From: Mobula hypostoma
Lineage: Eukaryota
NCBI RefSeq assembly: GCF_963921235.1
Contig: NC_086097.1
Location: 68,016,001-68,080,000 of the forward strand
DNA length: 64,000 nucleotides
Reading direction: 5' to 3'
A program made the translations under genes and the position numbers. Positions 1-12,500 of the stretch are shown here, piece after piece. Within the stretch, counting starts at the first letter, position 1. Each line of letters starts with the position of its first letter. The notes beneath the pieces are model-generated. The model was not told the DNA's origin and did no database searches. It saw only the letters and a program-made list of their open reading frames with translations.

Positions 1-440
1 AGACCCCGAGCGGGAGTCTGAGGCCCAGGGTCTTTGGCGAGGAGAGGAGACACGGACAGACTCGATTAGAGTGTTTGGTCGATCACCGAGGGTGGTCCTA
101 TTCGTGGGTCAGCAGAGCTCAGAGGACATCGACTGGAGGAAGGGGGATCCAGTTCTGTAAGAGCTCCAAAAATGCGTGCATGAACTGGTTAATAATAATG
201 GTGCCTTTTTCTTTTTTTTTAAGAACAGTAAAACAGTTCTTATTTTGTTCCTTTACTATCTACATAGTCAAAGTAAGAGTTATAAAGTGTAATCATTTAA
301 TCGCATATGGTGTACTGTCTGTTATTTGGTGTGGTGGGGTACATCACACAGCATCTACACAAACTTGATTACCCAGTTTGGCGGGGTCAAAGGCTGCTCC
401 CCCTAGACAAAAGTGAGCTGAGCGAGCTCAAGGCTTACCA
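1..440. mobile_element. Possible 3' part of an LTR-like repeat, truncated by the window edge
   Basis: CpG-richer than its flank; ACCCAGTTTGGCGGGGT resembles ACCCAGTTACGGGGT near the end of the solo LTR at 19258-20149; ends in CA. No TSD can be tested. Confidence 0.25.
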
Positions 441-525
441 CGGGAGACACATTCAAAAATTATGACGAGGCTATTCTGTTCATCATACCTTTGGTAGTTG
501 TAAGGTAACTCCATAGCTAAAATTC

Positions 526-569
526 ACCTTCTACCATGAGATCCATTACCTTCTACCATGAGATCCATT
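526..569. repeat. 22-bp tandem duplication
   Basis: ACCTTCTACCATGAGATCCATT occurs twice in direct succession. Confidence 0.9.
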
Positions 570-1520
570 GCCTTGCAGTCATCGTCCTTCAAATACACAT
601 CCAAGTACAAGTAGATTTTTAATTGTGATGATGGTTTCAAACCACCCTTTAAAACACTAAGTTCCACACTTTTCATTTCTACTTTAAATTTAGGTCTCTT
701 GGAATCTTTTCAAAAGAACATTCTTCCTATTTATTGCATTCAGGCCCTTCATAATTCTATACATCTCCATTAAGTTGTCATTTAGCCTCCTCTGATCCGA
801 AGAGGGCAAACTAGTTAATCACTCTGCATAGCTAACATTTTCCTGTCTTGTTAACAAACTCGTAAATTATATCTTCTCTGAAATGCAAAGACCAGAACTA
901 CTGGCAGGTCTCAAGTTGTAGTTTAGTTAGTGTTATATACAGCTCTACTATAGCTTTTTATATTCTAACCAAAACATCTGAGCACTTCTTTTTTTTATCA
1001 TGCCTCCTAATCTGAATCAGTAAAGTAGATATTGAGTACTCAGCTTGCAGAACCCCTCAGGTAACAGCCTTCCAGTCACAGAAACACCCATCAACCACTA
1101 ACTTTTGCTTTTGGTTAGCAAGACAATTTTGGATTCAATTTATCATTCTTCTTTAAAATCTCAGGAGCTTTGGCTCTTGATCAGCCTGCTACATGGACCT
1201 TGTCAAAAGCCTTGCTAAAATTCATACAGACCATATCAAGATCGTTGTCCTCATTGACCTTCTAAAAAAAAACACAAGCAGGTTTTTCCAAACACAACCT
1301 TCCTTTAACAAATCCATACTGACGAATAAGTGCTTTCATAAATAAATGTATTCCAATAATTTGTTTATCACCTAAATGGCTTGTAAACACTTAGTTTTTC
1401 CCTTTCTCCTATTATGAACAAAGGGACAAAAGCAGTCCTGCAATTCTCTTGCACGAGGGAGGATTAATAAATGATGGTCAGAGCAGCCATAATTTCCTGC
1501 CATATTTCAATTAAAACTCT
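570..1520 (-). mobile_element. Old degraded CR1 LINE fragments
   Basis: Reverse strand near 1190-1237 reads DMVCMNFSKAFDKV (CR1 RT motif); CR1 3'-region similarity at 740-930. Confidence 0.7.
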
Positions 1521-4500
1521 AGGATATTTTATATTCTACTTCCACCATCTATGAACCAAGAAAGCCTGGCAAACAGAACTCATAGTAAACATTCAAAAGG
1601 CCATTGTAATCTCAAATAGCAATGTTGCAATACTCACAGCTAGATCTCACTTTAACAGCTTTTCAAACAAATCACCCAAAGAAAGTTGCTAGACACATTT
1701 CCCTCCCTTTGACAGGACATCTGTATAGCAGAAGCACAAATCCGCACAACTAAACACTCATTGAAAAGACTAGGGATCATTGAGACACCTGTTGCTGAGG
1801 CTGTCACCAGCAAGCACAGGGTGAAATAATTGGAAGTGATCATATTTTCATTCATAATCTTTTTGCTCACATCTAATTGACTCCAAATATGTACTTTTTC
1901 TGATTTGCAAGAATCCATTTCTTAATTATCTTTACCGTGCTACTCCTACTTGACGAGCCAATGCAAGAAATAACAAAGTATATCATAATTACGTTTTAAA
2001 CTTGTGGCCACCAGCTCTGATACTGACTATACGCAAAATTTACAGGACAACACAGAAGTGGGATTTCCACCAAGTATTGTGGAGCCAGGGTGAAAGGGAA
2101 ACATTGGCACCAGGCTACAAAGGTATAATATCTGCTGGAAGGCATGCAAAACAGTTAGTTGTAACTTGACCAAATTTGTGTATCTGCATACTCTGAGAAG
2201 TGACAGGATTTTAAAAATTAATTTTGCTGACTGCAGTACTTTGGTTGAGTTGCTTCTCACAAGTAGCAGTGTGGAAAATTGCCTTGGTGCAAACCCAGTT
2301 GGATTGTTTCGTCGAATATATCTTTGGACAGTCCAGTCTTGGGAGGCCTATACTCATTAACTGCTGTAGAGTGATTAGAAGAGGAGAAAAACAATTTTGG
2401 ATATAGCTCTTGCCAAGTGGAAAAGCACTGCATTGGGACTAATCAATTCTGATAGTATAAAAGTCACTGCATAACAGCAGTTGAGACTGATCATTTGGGA
2501 AGGCTACTTGGTTGATTGCCAGTTAAAGGGCTGCACCTTGATCAGAAGCTGAAACAACTACTCTGCTGGTGTCTGAACAAATAAGTACTTGCTTCATTGT
2601 CTTTTAAGTTTGCTTGTATAAGCTACTTTGTAATGAGATTAATAGCTTCATCTTAAAGAAAAGGGGTTAAATCTGCACATGTTCTGGGATTAGTATGTGA
2701 TTGAAAAGTATTATAAGTTTACATGTAATCTCTTACATTTTTAAATGGAAAAACCATTTGTAACTCTATATACACATGTTATTCTACATTGATTTTTAAA
2801 TGAAGCACATTTTATCTTTTTAATCTTTGCCTTGAGTTGGCTTTTCCACAGCCCTGAACAGAGTCCAGCAGAAAACCAGAGGCTTTGTGCAATAAGGTAG
2901 GAAGACAATTACAAATCATGTGAGTGAAAGTGACAGAAAGCCCACTGCAGTACTGTACACACGGTCAAACCTGACAGTGAGTTGGAAATGCTAATGCCAA
3001 ACTGTATATCTTGCATGCCCAAGGAGATTGGATATGACAATACATTTAAGGGCACTTTGTTGATTAAAGATACAACTTAGCTCAGGGGACCCTATTTTGA
3101 ATGGATTCTAGCACTGAGCAGCAAGGAGATCTGGGAGCCACTCACATGGTGCATTGGTCGTGCCTGAGCAGAACACTGATTATTTGGGGAATACAGAGAA
3201 ATCTCCAAATAACTGGCATTGGCAGGCCATAGTTACAGGGTGCAGCCCAAGTGAGATTGCAATAGAAAAGAGCAATGACCTAAAACAGAGGTAGTATAGG
3301 ATGAGAGTGACAACTTCCTCCACGGCAGCAGATACGGTGATGGAAGAAAAGGTGATGATGTATCTGCACCAGTGCAGATGGAATTTGATAACAGTGCACC
3401 TGACAGGCAATGCAAATCTTGGACTGAAAGGAAAAAAAATAAGCAGCTAAATGAGAACCATTCTTGGGAGGTGGAGAAACAGCATTTTGGTCAAGACATT
3501 CCAGATATTACTAAAAAACAGAAAAGGTATGTGACATGGAACCAAGGGCTGTGGTGCAGCAACATGGCAGTCAAAGTTAAATTCCAGATTATTGTCACAT
3601 ATACAAGTACATGAACGTACACCTGAATTAAGTATCTTACAGAATCACCAACACAGCATCAGATACAGAACATCCACAAAAACAAATAACAAGTAATACA
3701 AGAAAGGGTACAATTAGAACAAAGAAAGAGAATACATTAATACTACCCTATTCTTCCTTTTATTTCTACTATTTTGTAATTTATAGTATTTTTATATCTT
3801 TGCACTGTACTGTTTCCGCAAATCAAATTCCACGTCAAGACAGTGATAATAAATTGTATTCTAATATAGATATTGTTGACAGTGGGCAGAGATATGCCTG
3901 TGATTTGTTGGGCTGAGTCAACTACTCTGCAGCTCCTTACATTCCTGTGCATTTTACCATACCACACCATGGTATCTCTGATGAGAGTTTGCACAAGAAG
4001 TAGATGAACAGATGACAACAAAAACAAAATGAAGGTAATTTTTGATAATTACGAACCTGCAGTCTTGACAGTGCAAGATTAAGAAAATAAAGGACATTGA
4101 ATATTTGACTGCTGATTAACTAGTGAAACAGGTGTCATTGAGGTGAAATACTTGGACAGAAGGTATCATTACAGAAGGTGTGGAGGCAACTATGAGGGAG
4201 TGATAAAAGCCTGCAAGGAAAGCAACAATTTCATCAGATGATTTGAATGGTGTGTGCTGTCATAGAGGAAAAGGTGAGTTCAGAATAAGTGGAAGATAGC
4301 CCATTGAGTAACCCAAGACAAAGGTACATTTGGACTGTGACCCAACAATTTCAAAACAATGGACCTGTTCACAAACCTTGAAGGGAGCTTACTCAGAGGA
4401 AAATTCTAATTTGTTTGAAGAGAATGGAGAACCTGTTCAGAGAAAGTTTAAGAAAAACCCACAAGGGCTCATAAACAAGGCAATGAAGGAACAGGCTCAG

Positions 4501-5041
4501 AACAAGAGAACAAGGCCCTGGAGTGAGGTGATACTGCTTTAGTCTGGCAAAGTCAATACTGACAAAAAGTTGAGGCTGCACATACACTGGAAAGAGGTTA
4601 GTGTCTTGAAAGCCCTCGATATCCACAGATATGTTGATTGGACTCGTGAGTTGAATACCTTAAGAGAGTCCTGCATTGCAATGTGAAGGCAGTTCTAAAT
4701 CTCTGAAGATCCTCTGAAGGATGTGACACGCAGGAATAGACTAATGAATATTAGTCCAACACTGTGTAGTCAGAGTATAAGAGGACAGACAGGAAAAAGA
4801 AGTCATTTCATAATTGAAAGACTTGGAGTCAATCCAGAAAAAGAAAGGAGATGGCCTTTTGACTGTAAAGATGTCAGCAAGAAAGCAAAAAAGGTTTTAT
4901 TGTCTGCAGTGAGTCAGAGTGAGATGCAGTGTTAGAAAAGGAAAATGAACAAACATGGTGAGATTTTAGAAGCAACAAAGGAAGAAGCTGTTGTAATTCA
5001 GTTTTCAGTTATGTATTAAATGCAATGTAACTATGGTGTTA

Positions 5042-6200
5042 ATAGATAGATAGACATTTTATTGATCCCAACTGAAATTACAGTGTCACAGTAGCATTAC
5101 AAGTGCACAGATATAAATATTAGAAGAAAAGTAGAAAGAATAAAAAATAAGTTACTACAACCAGATTAACAGGAGGGGTCATCACTTCCCCAGCTAAAGA
5201 TTGGCTCATTTTAGAGCCTAATGGCCAGGGCAAGAATGACTTCATATAGCGCTCTTTGGAGCAGCACAGTGCAGTTAGAAACATAGAAACATAGAAAATA
5301 GGTGCAGGAGTAGGCCATTCGGCCCTTCGAGCCTGCACCGCCATTCAGTATGATCATGGCTGATCATCCAACTCAGAACCCTGTACCAGCCTTCCCTCCA
5401 TACCCCCGATCCCTTTAGCCACAAGGGCCATATCTAACTCCCTCTTAAATATAGCCAATGAACTGGCCTCAACTGTTTCCTGTGGCAGAGAATTCCACAG
5501 ATTCACCACTCTCTGTGTGAAGAAGTTTTTCCTAATCTCGGTCCTAAAAAGCTTCCTCTTTATCCTCAAACTGTGACCCCTCGTTCTGGACTTCCCCAAC
5601 ATTGGGAACGATCTTCCTGCATCTAGCCTGTCCAATCCCTTTAGGATTTTATAAGTTTCAATAAGATCCCCCCTCAATCTTCTAAATTCCAACGAGTATA
5701 AACCTAGTCGATCCAGTCTTTCATCATATGAAAGTCCTGCCATCCCAGGAATCAATCTGGTGAACCTTCTTTGTACTCCCTCTATGGCAAGGATGTCTTT
5801 CCTCAGATTAGGGGACCAAAACTGCACACAATACTCCAGGTGTTGACTTAGTCTATTACTAAACATGTTCCTCTGTTCCGCCAAGGTGGCATGCAGAGGA
5901 TGAGAAACATTGTCCAGAATTGCCAGGATTTTCCATAGGGTCCTTTGTTCTACCACAGCCTCCAGTGTGTCCAGTTTGACTCCTATAACAGAGCCAGCCT
6001 TTCTAGTCAGTTTATTGAGCCTTGGGGCATCACCTATATTGAAGTCATTGCCCCAGCACACTACCGCATAGAAGATTTTACTGGCGACAACAGACTGGTA
6101 GAACATGTGAAGGAGAGCCCTGCATACTCCAAAGGACCTCGGTCTCCTCAGGAAGTAGAGGCGACTCTGGCCCTTCTTGGCACAACTTCTGTGTGGACTT
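5042..6200 (-). mobile_element. Rex1/Babar-type LINE 3' fragment, interrupted by a CR1
   Basis: MFYQSVVAS..FYAVVCWG..RLNKL..SHPLH C-terminal motifs; AATAAA and (CTAT)n tail near 5042-5063. Confidence 0.85.
5276..5843 (-). mobile_element. 5'-truncated young CR1 LINE nested in the Rex1-type element
   Basis: HLEYCVQFWSP..VQRRFTRLIPGM..RLRGDLIETYKI..FFTQRVV; (TTTCTATG)n-type tail at 5276-5298. Confidence 0.9.
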
Positions 6201-6239
6201 AGATTTATGAACCTTTATGTTTATTTTTATTTAAGTGTT

Positions 6240-7270
6240 TCATTTGTATTCATTTTTAGGATATAGGCATTAATGGCAAAGACGACATTAAATTTTCCAT
6301 CTTTAAATTCCAATGTTACAGTTAAATTAGGAAAATATTCTGATGCAATGTCTTCACTACATATGAATATAGCAAGTCCCAACATTTAGATGCAGTAACA
6401 ATGACGGTCTGTCAATATACTTCCAAGTATGGATGGTGTATAGCCTACAGGATAATCAATTGGTTATGCTGTATCCATTGCCTGTTCTCCCTGCCTTCTT
6501 TTGCAGTAGAGGTAACAGGTTTGTAAAGTTTTGTTAAAGGGCCCAAGAATGCATTTTTACAGGCATACACTACAGTCCCTGTGCACCTGTGGTGAAGACC
6601 ATGAATACTTTTGGTTTTTAATAGGTATCATCATGCTTTGTACTGAATGGGACTGAACTTCTTGACAAGTAGGGATCATTCCATTTCTCACCTCAGATGA
6701 ACTGCAGGTTAACCAACTTGTAACTACAGTGTGTGATATACACATCAGGACTGATGCAGGAACTAAACCTGGAATGTCATCCATCGCTTTACCTCCACTG
6801 AGTTCTTTCAGTAGTTTATCAGTGTTCTTTGATAACATACTCCATCAAATGCTGCCCTGAAGATCAGACAGTTCCATCCCACTGAGAACTCAGCTCTTTT
6901 GATCCATGCCCTAGGTCTGGAGCCAAGTGGTTCTGGCAAAATCCAAACTGGGCATCAGTTAGTAGGTTCATAATGAGCTTAATGCTACTTGATACCAAAG
7001 TTACCACAGCTTCCCTCATTCTGAGGTGGAGTAATTGTGTAGAAAGTAACTGGATTGAATTGGATTTTTTTTTGGGTGAATTGGACATACCTGGCAGTTT
7101 GATATATTGTCAGGTGGACAACCATGTTGTAACTGTACTGGAACAGCTTGGTTAGGGGAACAGCTTGTTCTGGATTGCTACCGCTGGGATGTTGTCAGAT
7201 CCCATTGCCTACACAGTGCTCTCAGCTACTTCTTGATATCACATTGTGAATGGAATTGACAGAAAAGCAA
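6240..7270 (-). mobile_element. Old degraded CR1/L2-like LINE fragment
   Basis: Reverse strand shows MGSDNIPAV-like and LLTDAQFGF RT-region motifs. Confidence 0.5.
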
Positions 7271-7574
7271 GCAGTTAGTGATTCAGAATATGCAACGATT
7301 GTCATCATGAACAAATTTTATGCTGCAGAACAGGGTATGAAGCAAGATTTATATGCTATTCCCTGAAAGACTGATCTACTAAATTACTAGCGCTTGAAAT
7401 GCAAACTTCAGAACTTCCAAGTATAGTTTGGAGTGAAGAGTTCATTGAATGAAGAGAACAAGATACCAAATGAATTTTTAACTGTATAGGAATCAAAATA
7501 CTAAATCCAATTCCATATGTGAGAGTTGGTTTTTATTTATTTTTTTAAAGGAAAAGTATTGTATATGTATGACA

Positions 7575-8212
7575 CAGAACATAGGATAGTTCTACACAGT
7601 ACAAGCCCTTCGGCACATAATGTTGTACAGACCTCTTGACCTACTGTAAGATCAATCTAACATTTCCCTCCCACATAGACACCCCCACCCATTTTCTATT
7701 ATCCATGTGTCTACCTAAGAGGTTTTTAAATGTCACTAATGTATCTGCCTAATCCACCACCTCAGCAGTGTGTTCCTTGCATCTACAACTCTGTGTAAAA
7801 ATAAAACTACCTCTGACATCCCCCCCATACATTCTTCCAATCTTTTTAAAAGTATGTCTTCTCATACTAGTCATTGGCATTGTGGGAAAAAGACACTGTT
7901 GTCCTCTCAATCTATGCCTCTTATCATCTTATATACACTTGTCAAGTTACCTCTCATCCTTCCCTCCAAAGAGAATAGCCCTCGATCACTCAACCTTTCC
8001 TCATTAGACATTCTCTCTAATCTAGGCAACATCATGGTAAACCTCCTCTGCACTTTCACTAAAGTTTCCACATCCTTCATATAATGAGGTGACCAGGACT
8101 GAACACAATATTCCAAGTCCAGTCAAACAAGTGTTTTATAGAACTGCAACATTACCTTGCCCTTTTGAACTAGGTTCCTCGTCTAACGAAGGCTAACACA
8201 CCATATGCCTTC
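7575..8212 (-). mobile_element. CR1 LINE 3' fragment
   Basis: ORF 7907-8116 EYCVQSWSPHYMKDVETLVKVQRRFT; CR1 3' UTR at 7575-7680. Confidence 0.85.
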
Positions 8213-8490
8213 ACACATGAGATTCTGCAGATACGAGAAATCCTGCACAACACACACAAAATGCTGGAGGATCTCAGCAAGTCAGGCAGCATCTTTGAAG
8301 GGGAATAAACAGTCACTATTTTCCATCAGGACTAGAAAGGTGGGGGTAGAAGCCAGATTAAGAAAAGGTACCACCTTCTTTTCCAGTCCTGATGAAGTTT
8401 CTCAGTCCAAAACATTGACAGTTTATTCACCACCACAGAGGGTGCTAGATTTAATTCCTCCTACATTTTGTGCATGTTGTATGTTTCAGA
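8213..8490. mobile_element. Miniature fold-back element made of two inverted PLE termini
   Basis: Left arm CAACACACACAAAATGCTGGAGG..CATCAGGACTAGAAA and right arm TTCCAGTCCTGATGAAG..CATTTTGTGCATGTTG are mutually inverted and match the PLE end at 11420-11560. Confidence 0.8.
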
Positions 8491-9977
8491 CAGGTACTTT
8501 TAGGACTACTTTTTTTCACATGGTTTTACTCTTAATACATTGTTGCTTAGACTATGCTGTTTAACTGAGATGTACAGCCATCAATAAAGGTTGTTTTATT
8601 TATAGCTAGTGTATACCTCTAGTTAATTGCCAATGAAAGTAGCACATGAAACACCTACGGATACTATAAGAGCAAACCAGAGAGTGAATTAACCTTGCAG
8701 TAAACCAAGCCCAACAGTGAATTGCAATATTTAGTCCTCCACATCTTACATTCCAGTCTTTACTCACCCACTTAATTTGTATGATTCTTGCAGAGCTGGG
8801 ATCTGTCTCTTTTTCTGTCTTGCCTGGACAAATGTATTTTTTTTTGGCTTTATTTATTTCTTTTGATTTCTACATTCTATATTTCCAAGATATTGATTGT
8901 TGCTAGTCATAATGTTTGAATTATTTAAGCTTCCACCTGCTGCTCTAGAAACACAGTAAAAACACACTGGCCAGATTCTGGTGGACAGGACCCATCGCCC
9001 ACAATAATCATCTACAATCTCTGCAGCTCTAAAACTACCTGGGACTGACATGATGGGTCCAGGGTTTATGTCCTTGGCTCGTAGCACTCTCAAGTGCAAA
9101 GACTCAAATTGTGCATTCAAAGTCTGGAAGCACATTTTGTCAGCCTTGAAGAGAGAGTTAATATTAAATGTTTCTAGTACTTACTTCATTTATAATAAGC
9201 CTGATATCCCCACTGAAGCTGATGGGATCTTGCATCGGATCATAACTGGTGCAGCATCCAAGGGGTATAACCTAGAAAATTGCCAGAAATCTCAGGAAGA
9301 CTGGCTGCATCCACTGGACTCCATGTGGATGGAACTGAACTAACTTCCCATAAAACTAGGCAAGATCCAGTCCATTGTTCCTAACACAGTTGATAATGTT
9401 ATGGTCTAGAATCCACTGCCTGAATCCACAGTGCAAGCTGATTCAAGAGCAACTTCCAAGGAGGAATTTGATAGATACATTTGAAAGAGAAAAATAATAC
9501 AAGAGAAAAAGAAAAAGTGAATGATCAGATGGTTCTTTCAGAGAAGCAGCTTGAGCTGCGATGGACTGAATGACTTCACACTGTGATATGATATTCTACA
9601 ACAAAATTCTTTCAACACAGGGCAAGTTATTAAAAGAGGATTACATCACATGGCACAGACACCTGCACGATCCATTCATTGCGAGTTCACTTGGATAAGT
9701 ATATTCAAATAATCAATTTCCATTCTCAAAACACCCAGGATAATCTTGCTCTCAAACCTTTATGTGGACACACATTCACCATAAAATCTGATTCTAACTC
9801 TACAGTCATCATATAATGAGATCTGTGGCTATACTACATTCTGCTTTACTCTATATATCCTGTAGTATAATGTGATGTTTCTGTGTCATCAAAATTTCAA
9901 ATTAAATTCATATGCCTTAACACATAAAAGTTGCTGGTGAACGCAGCAGGCCAGGCAGCATCTCTAGGAAGAGTTGC

Positions 9978-10013
9978 AGTCGATGTTTCAGGTCGAGACC
10001 CTTCGTCAGGACT
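9978..10013 (-). ncRNA. Minimal type I hammerhead ribozyme motif (left arm, helix III mutated)
   Basis: AGTC-CTGACGA-AGGGTCTCGACCT-GAAA-CATC-GACT on the minus strand. Confidence 0.65.
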
Positions 10014-10307
10014 AACTGAAGGAAGAGTGAGTAAGGGATTTGAAAGTTGGAGGGGGAGGGGGAGATCCAAAATGATAGGAGAAGACAAGGAGGGGGAGGG
10101 ATAGAGCCGAGAGCTGGACAGGTGATAGGCAAAAGGGATACCAGAGGATCATGGGACAGGAGGTCCAGGAAGAAAGACAAGGGGGGGGGGACCCAGAGGA
10201 TGGGCAAGGGGTATATTCAGAGGGGCAGAGGGAGAAAAAGGAGAGTGAGAGAAAGAATGTGTGTATAAAAATAAGTAACAGATGGGGTACGAGGGGGAGG
10301 TGGGGCA

Positions 10308-10790
10308 TTAGCGGAAGTTAGAGAAGTCGATGTTCATGCCATCAGGTTGGAGGCTACCCAGACGGAATATAAGGTGTTGTTCCTCCAACCTGAGTGTGGC
10401 TTCATCTTTACAGTAGAGGAGGCCGTGGATAGACATGTCAGAATGGGAATGGGATGTGGAATTAAAATGTGTGACCACTGGGAGATCCTGCTTTCTCTGG
10501 CGGACAGAGCGTAGATGTTCAGCAAAGCGGTTTCCCAGTCTGCATCGGGTCTCGCCAATATATAAAAGGCCACATCGGGAGCACCGGACGCAGTATTTCA
10601 CCCCAGCCGACTCACAAGTGAAGTGTTGCCTCACCTGGAAGGACTGTTTGGGGCCCTGAATGGTGGTAAGGGAGGAAGTGTAAGGGCATGTGTAGCACTT
10701 GTTCCACTTACACGGATAAGCGCCAGGAGGGAGATCAGTGCGGAGGGATGGGGGGGACGAATGAACAAAGGAGTTGCGTAGGGAGCGATC
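10308..10790 (-). pseudogene. C-terminal GIY-YIG endonuclease region of the PLE ORF (left arm, open frame)
   Basis: DRSLRNSFVHS..PCKWNKCYTC..GVKYCVRCSRCGLLYIGET..FRLGSLQPDGMNIDF*; no native start codon. Confidence 0.85.
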
Positions 10791-11425
10791 CCCCAAACAG
10801 TCCTTCCAGGTGAGGCAACACTTCACCTGTGAGTCGGCTGGGGTGATATACTGTGTCCGGTGCTCCCGATATGGCCTTTTATATATTGGCGAGACCCGAC
10901 GCAGACTGGGAGACCGCTTTGCTGAACACCCACGCTCTGTCCGCCAGAGAAAGCAGGATCTTCCAGTGGCCACACATTTTAATTCCACATCCCATTCCCA
11001 TTCTGATATGTGTATCCACGGCCTCCTCTACTGTAAAGATGAAGCCACGCTCAGGTTGGAGGAACAACATATTCCGTCTGGGTAGCCTCCAACCTGATGG
11101 AATGAACATCGACTTCTCTAACTTCCGCTAATGCCCCACCTCCCCCTCGTACCCCATCTGTTACTTATTTTTATACACACATTCTTTCTCTCACTCTCCT
11201 TTTTCTCCCTCTGTCCCTCTGAATATACCCCTTGCCCATCCTCTGGGTCCCCCCCCACCTTGTCTTTCTTCCCGGACCTCCTGTCCCATGATCCTCTCGT
11301 ATCCCTTTTGCCTATCACCTGTCCAGCTCTTGGCTCTATCCCTCCCCCTCCTGTCTTCTCCTATCATTTTGGATCTCCCCCTCCCCCTCCAACTTTCAAA
11401 TCCCTTACTCACTCTTCCTTCAGTT

Positions 11426-11461
11426 AGTCCTGACGAAGGGTCTCGGCCTGAAACGTCGACT
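11426..11461 (+). ncRNA. Minimal type I hammerhead ribozyme motif (right arm)
   Basis: AGTC-CTGACGA-AGGGTCTCGGCCT-GAAA-CGTC-GACT: core CUGANGA/GAAA, stem I AGTC/GACT, palindromic ACGT helix III, GUC cleavage triplet. Confidence 0.8.
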
Positions 11462-12231
11462 GCACCTCTTCCTAGAGATGCTGCCTGACCTGCTGCGTTC
11501 ACCAGCAACTTTTATGTGTGTTGCTTGAATTTCCAGCATCTGCAGAATTCCTGTTGTTGTCATATGCCTTAACTGTATTTTTTTCTAGAACATTGTATCA
11601 AGGGTTTAAACACTGATGAATGTACTCTTCTATTTCTCATTTATTGGCACTATTTAAATTCAAAACTTCCTTTTAAGCATAAGGAACAACATTGAAGTAG
11701 TATGCCATAAATTTCATGCTTTTGTGAGACCTGCCAATTAATTCAAATCTACATCCAATTCAATATTTGAATGTTTGTACTGAGCACCCAACAGATTCTA
11801 TTTTGAAAACAAAATTTTTACAAATCCCAGGTAATTATACTACAGAAGTTGATCATAGTTGGCTAGAAATTCAGTTGCATAATGTTTGTATCCTCTCTCC
11901 AGTATACACATTGCAAATTGATTCTCCCTCCCCTTCAAGAGAGCAGTACAGAAATTACTTCTGCATTGTTTTGCTTTTCTCTGGAAATTTGACTGGTCAC
12001 TTTCTGGCATCAGTTAGCCTCACGGACCTGATGTGATTTCCAGGACTGCAACACAGGAGATAACGTTAATGACCAAGCAATGAAGCACTGAAATGGAATC
12101 TAGACCACATTGCCTGGGGTCGCTGCAGTTCAAACTCCCAGTATAAGGAAGACATTTTGGACCTAGCTGGTCAACTCTGTACTCAGGCTCGCCGCCAGCA
12201 TGCCACTCCCCAATGTACCAGCCATTCCCTT

Positions 12232-12500
12232 CCTCAAAGTTCAAAGTAAATTTATTATCAAGTGATATACATACATATACACCCACACACGCTTCTGTGA
12301 CTCTTGTATAATGGTAGCAATGAATAGAAAGCCTGGCCTCTTGGTGGGGGTCTTTGATGATGATGGGTACTGCTATTTTGTGGCAGAGTTCCGTGTAAAT
12401 ATACTCATTGATGAGGAGGCCTTTATCTGTGATAGATTGGGCTGTATGCACCACTTTCTGTAGTCTTTTATGCTCACTACCCAATCTCCAGCCACATCTA
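12232..12500 (-). mobile_element. Degraded Rex1-type LINE 3' tail
   Basis: HKRLQKVVHTAQSIT..IIKDPH in ORF 12020-12520; AATAAA followed by an ACTTTGA-type tail. Confidence 0.7.

Larger units (their letters stand above)
9922..11559. mobile_element. Penelope-like element inserted as an inverted (fold-back) pair of 3' ends
   Basis: Arms 9921-10653 and 10791-11518 are reverse complements; GIY-YIG motif VIYCVRC..LLYIGET..RFAEH with an upstream Cys cluster; 14-bp direct repeat TCATATGCCTTAAC at 9908-9921 and 11560-11573. Confidence 0.93.

Noticed and set aside
3050..4950. Purine-rich stretches that may be very old transposon remnants
   Set aside because: No motif I can assign, apart from short Rex1-like tail pieces near 3570-3970.
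10308..10988. 226-aa ORF as a standalone nuclease gene
   Set aside because: Its N-terminal part is antisense read-through of the other palindrome arm and it has no native start; it is a by-product of the inversion.
12060..12230. GC-richer patch faintly resembling a 7SL- or tRNA-derived SINE
   Set aside because: Only a short partial match; no convincing A/B boxes, tail or TSD.
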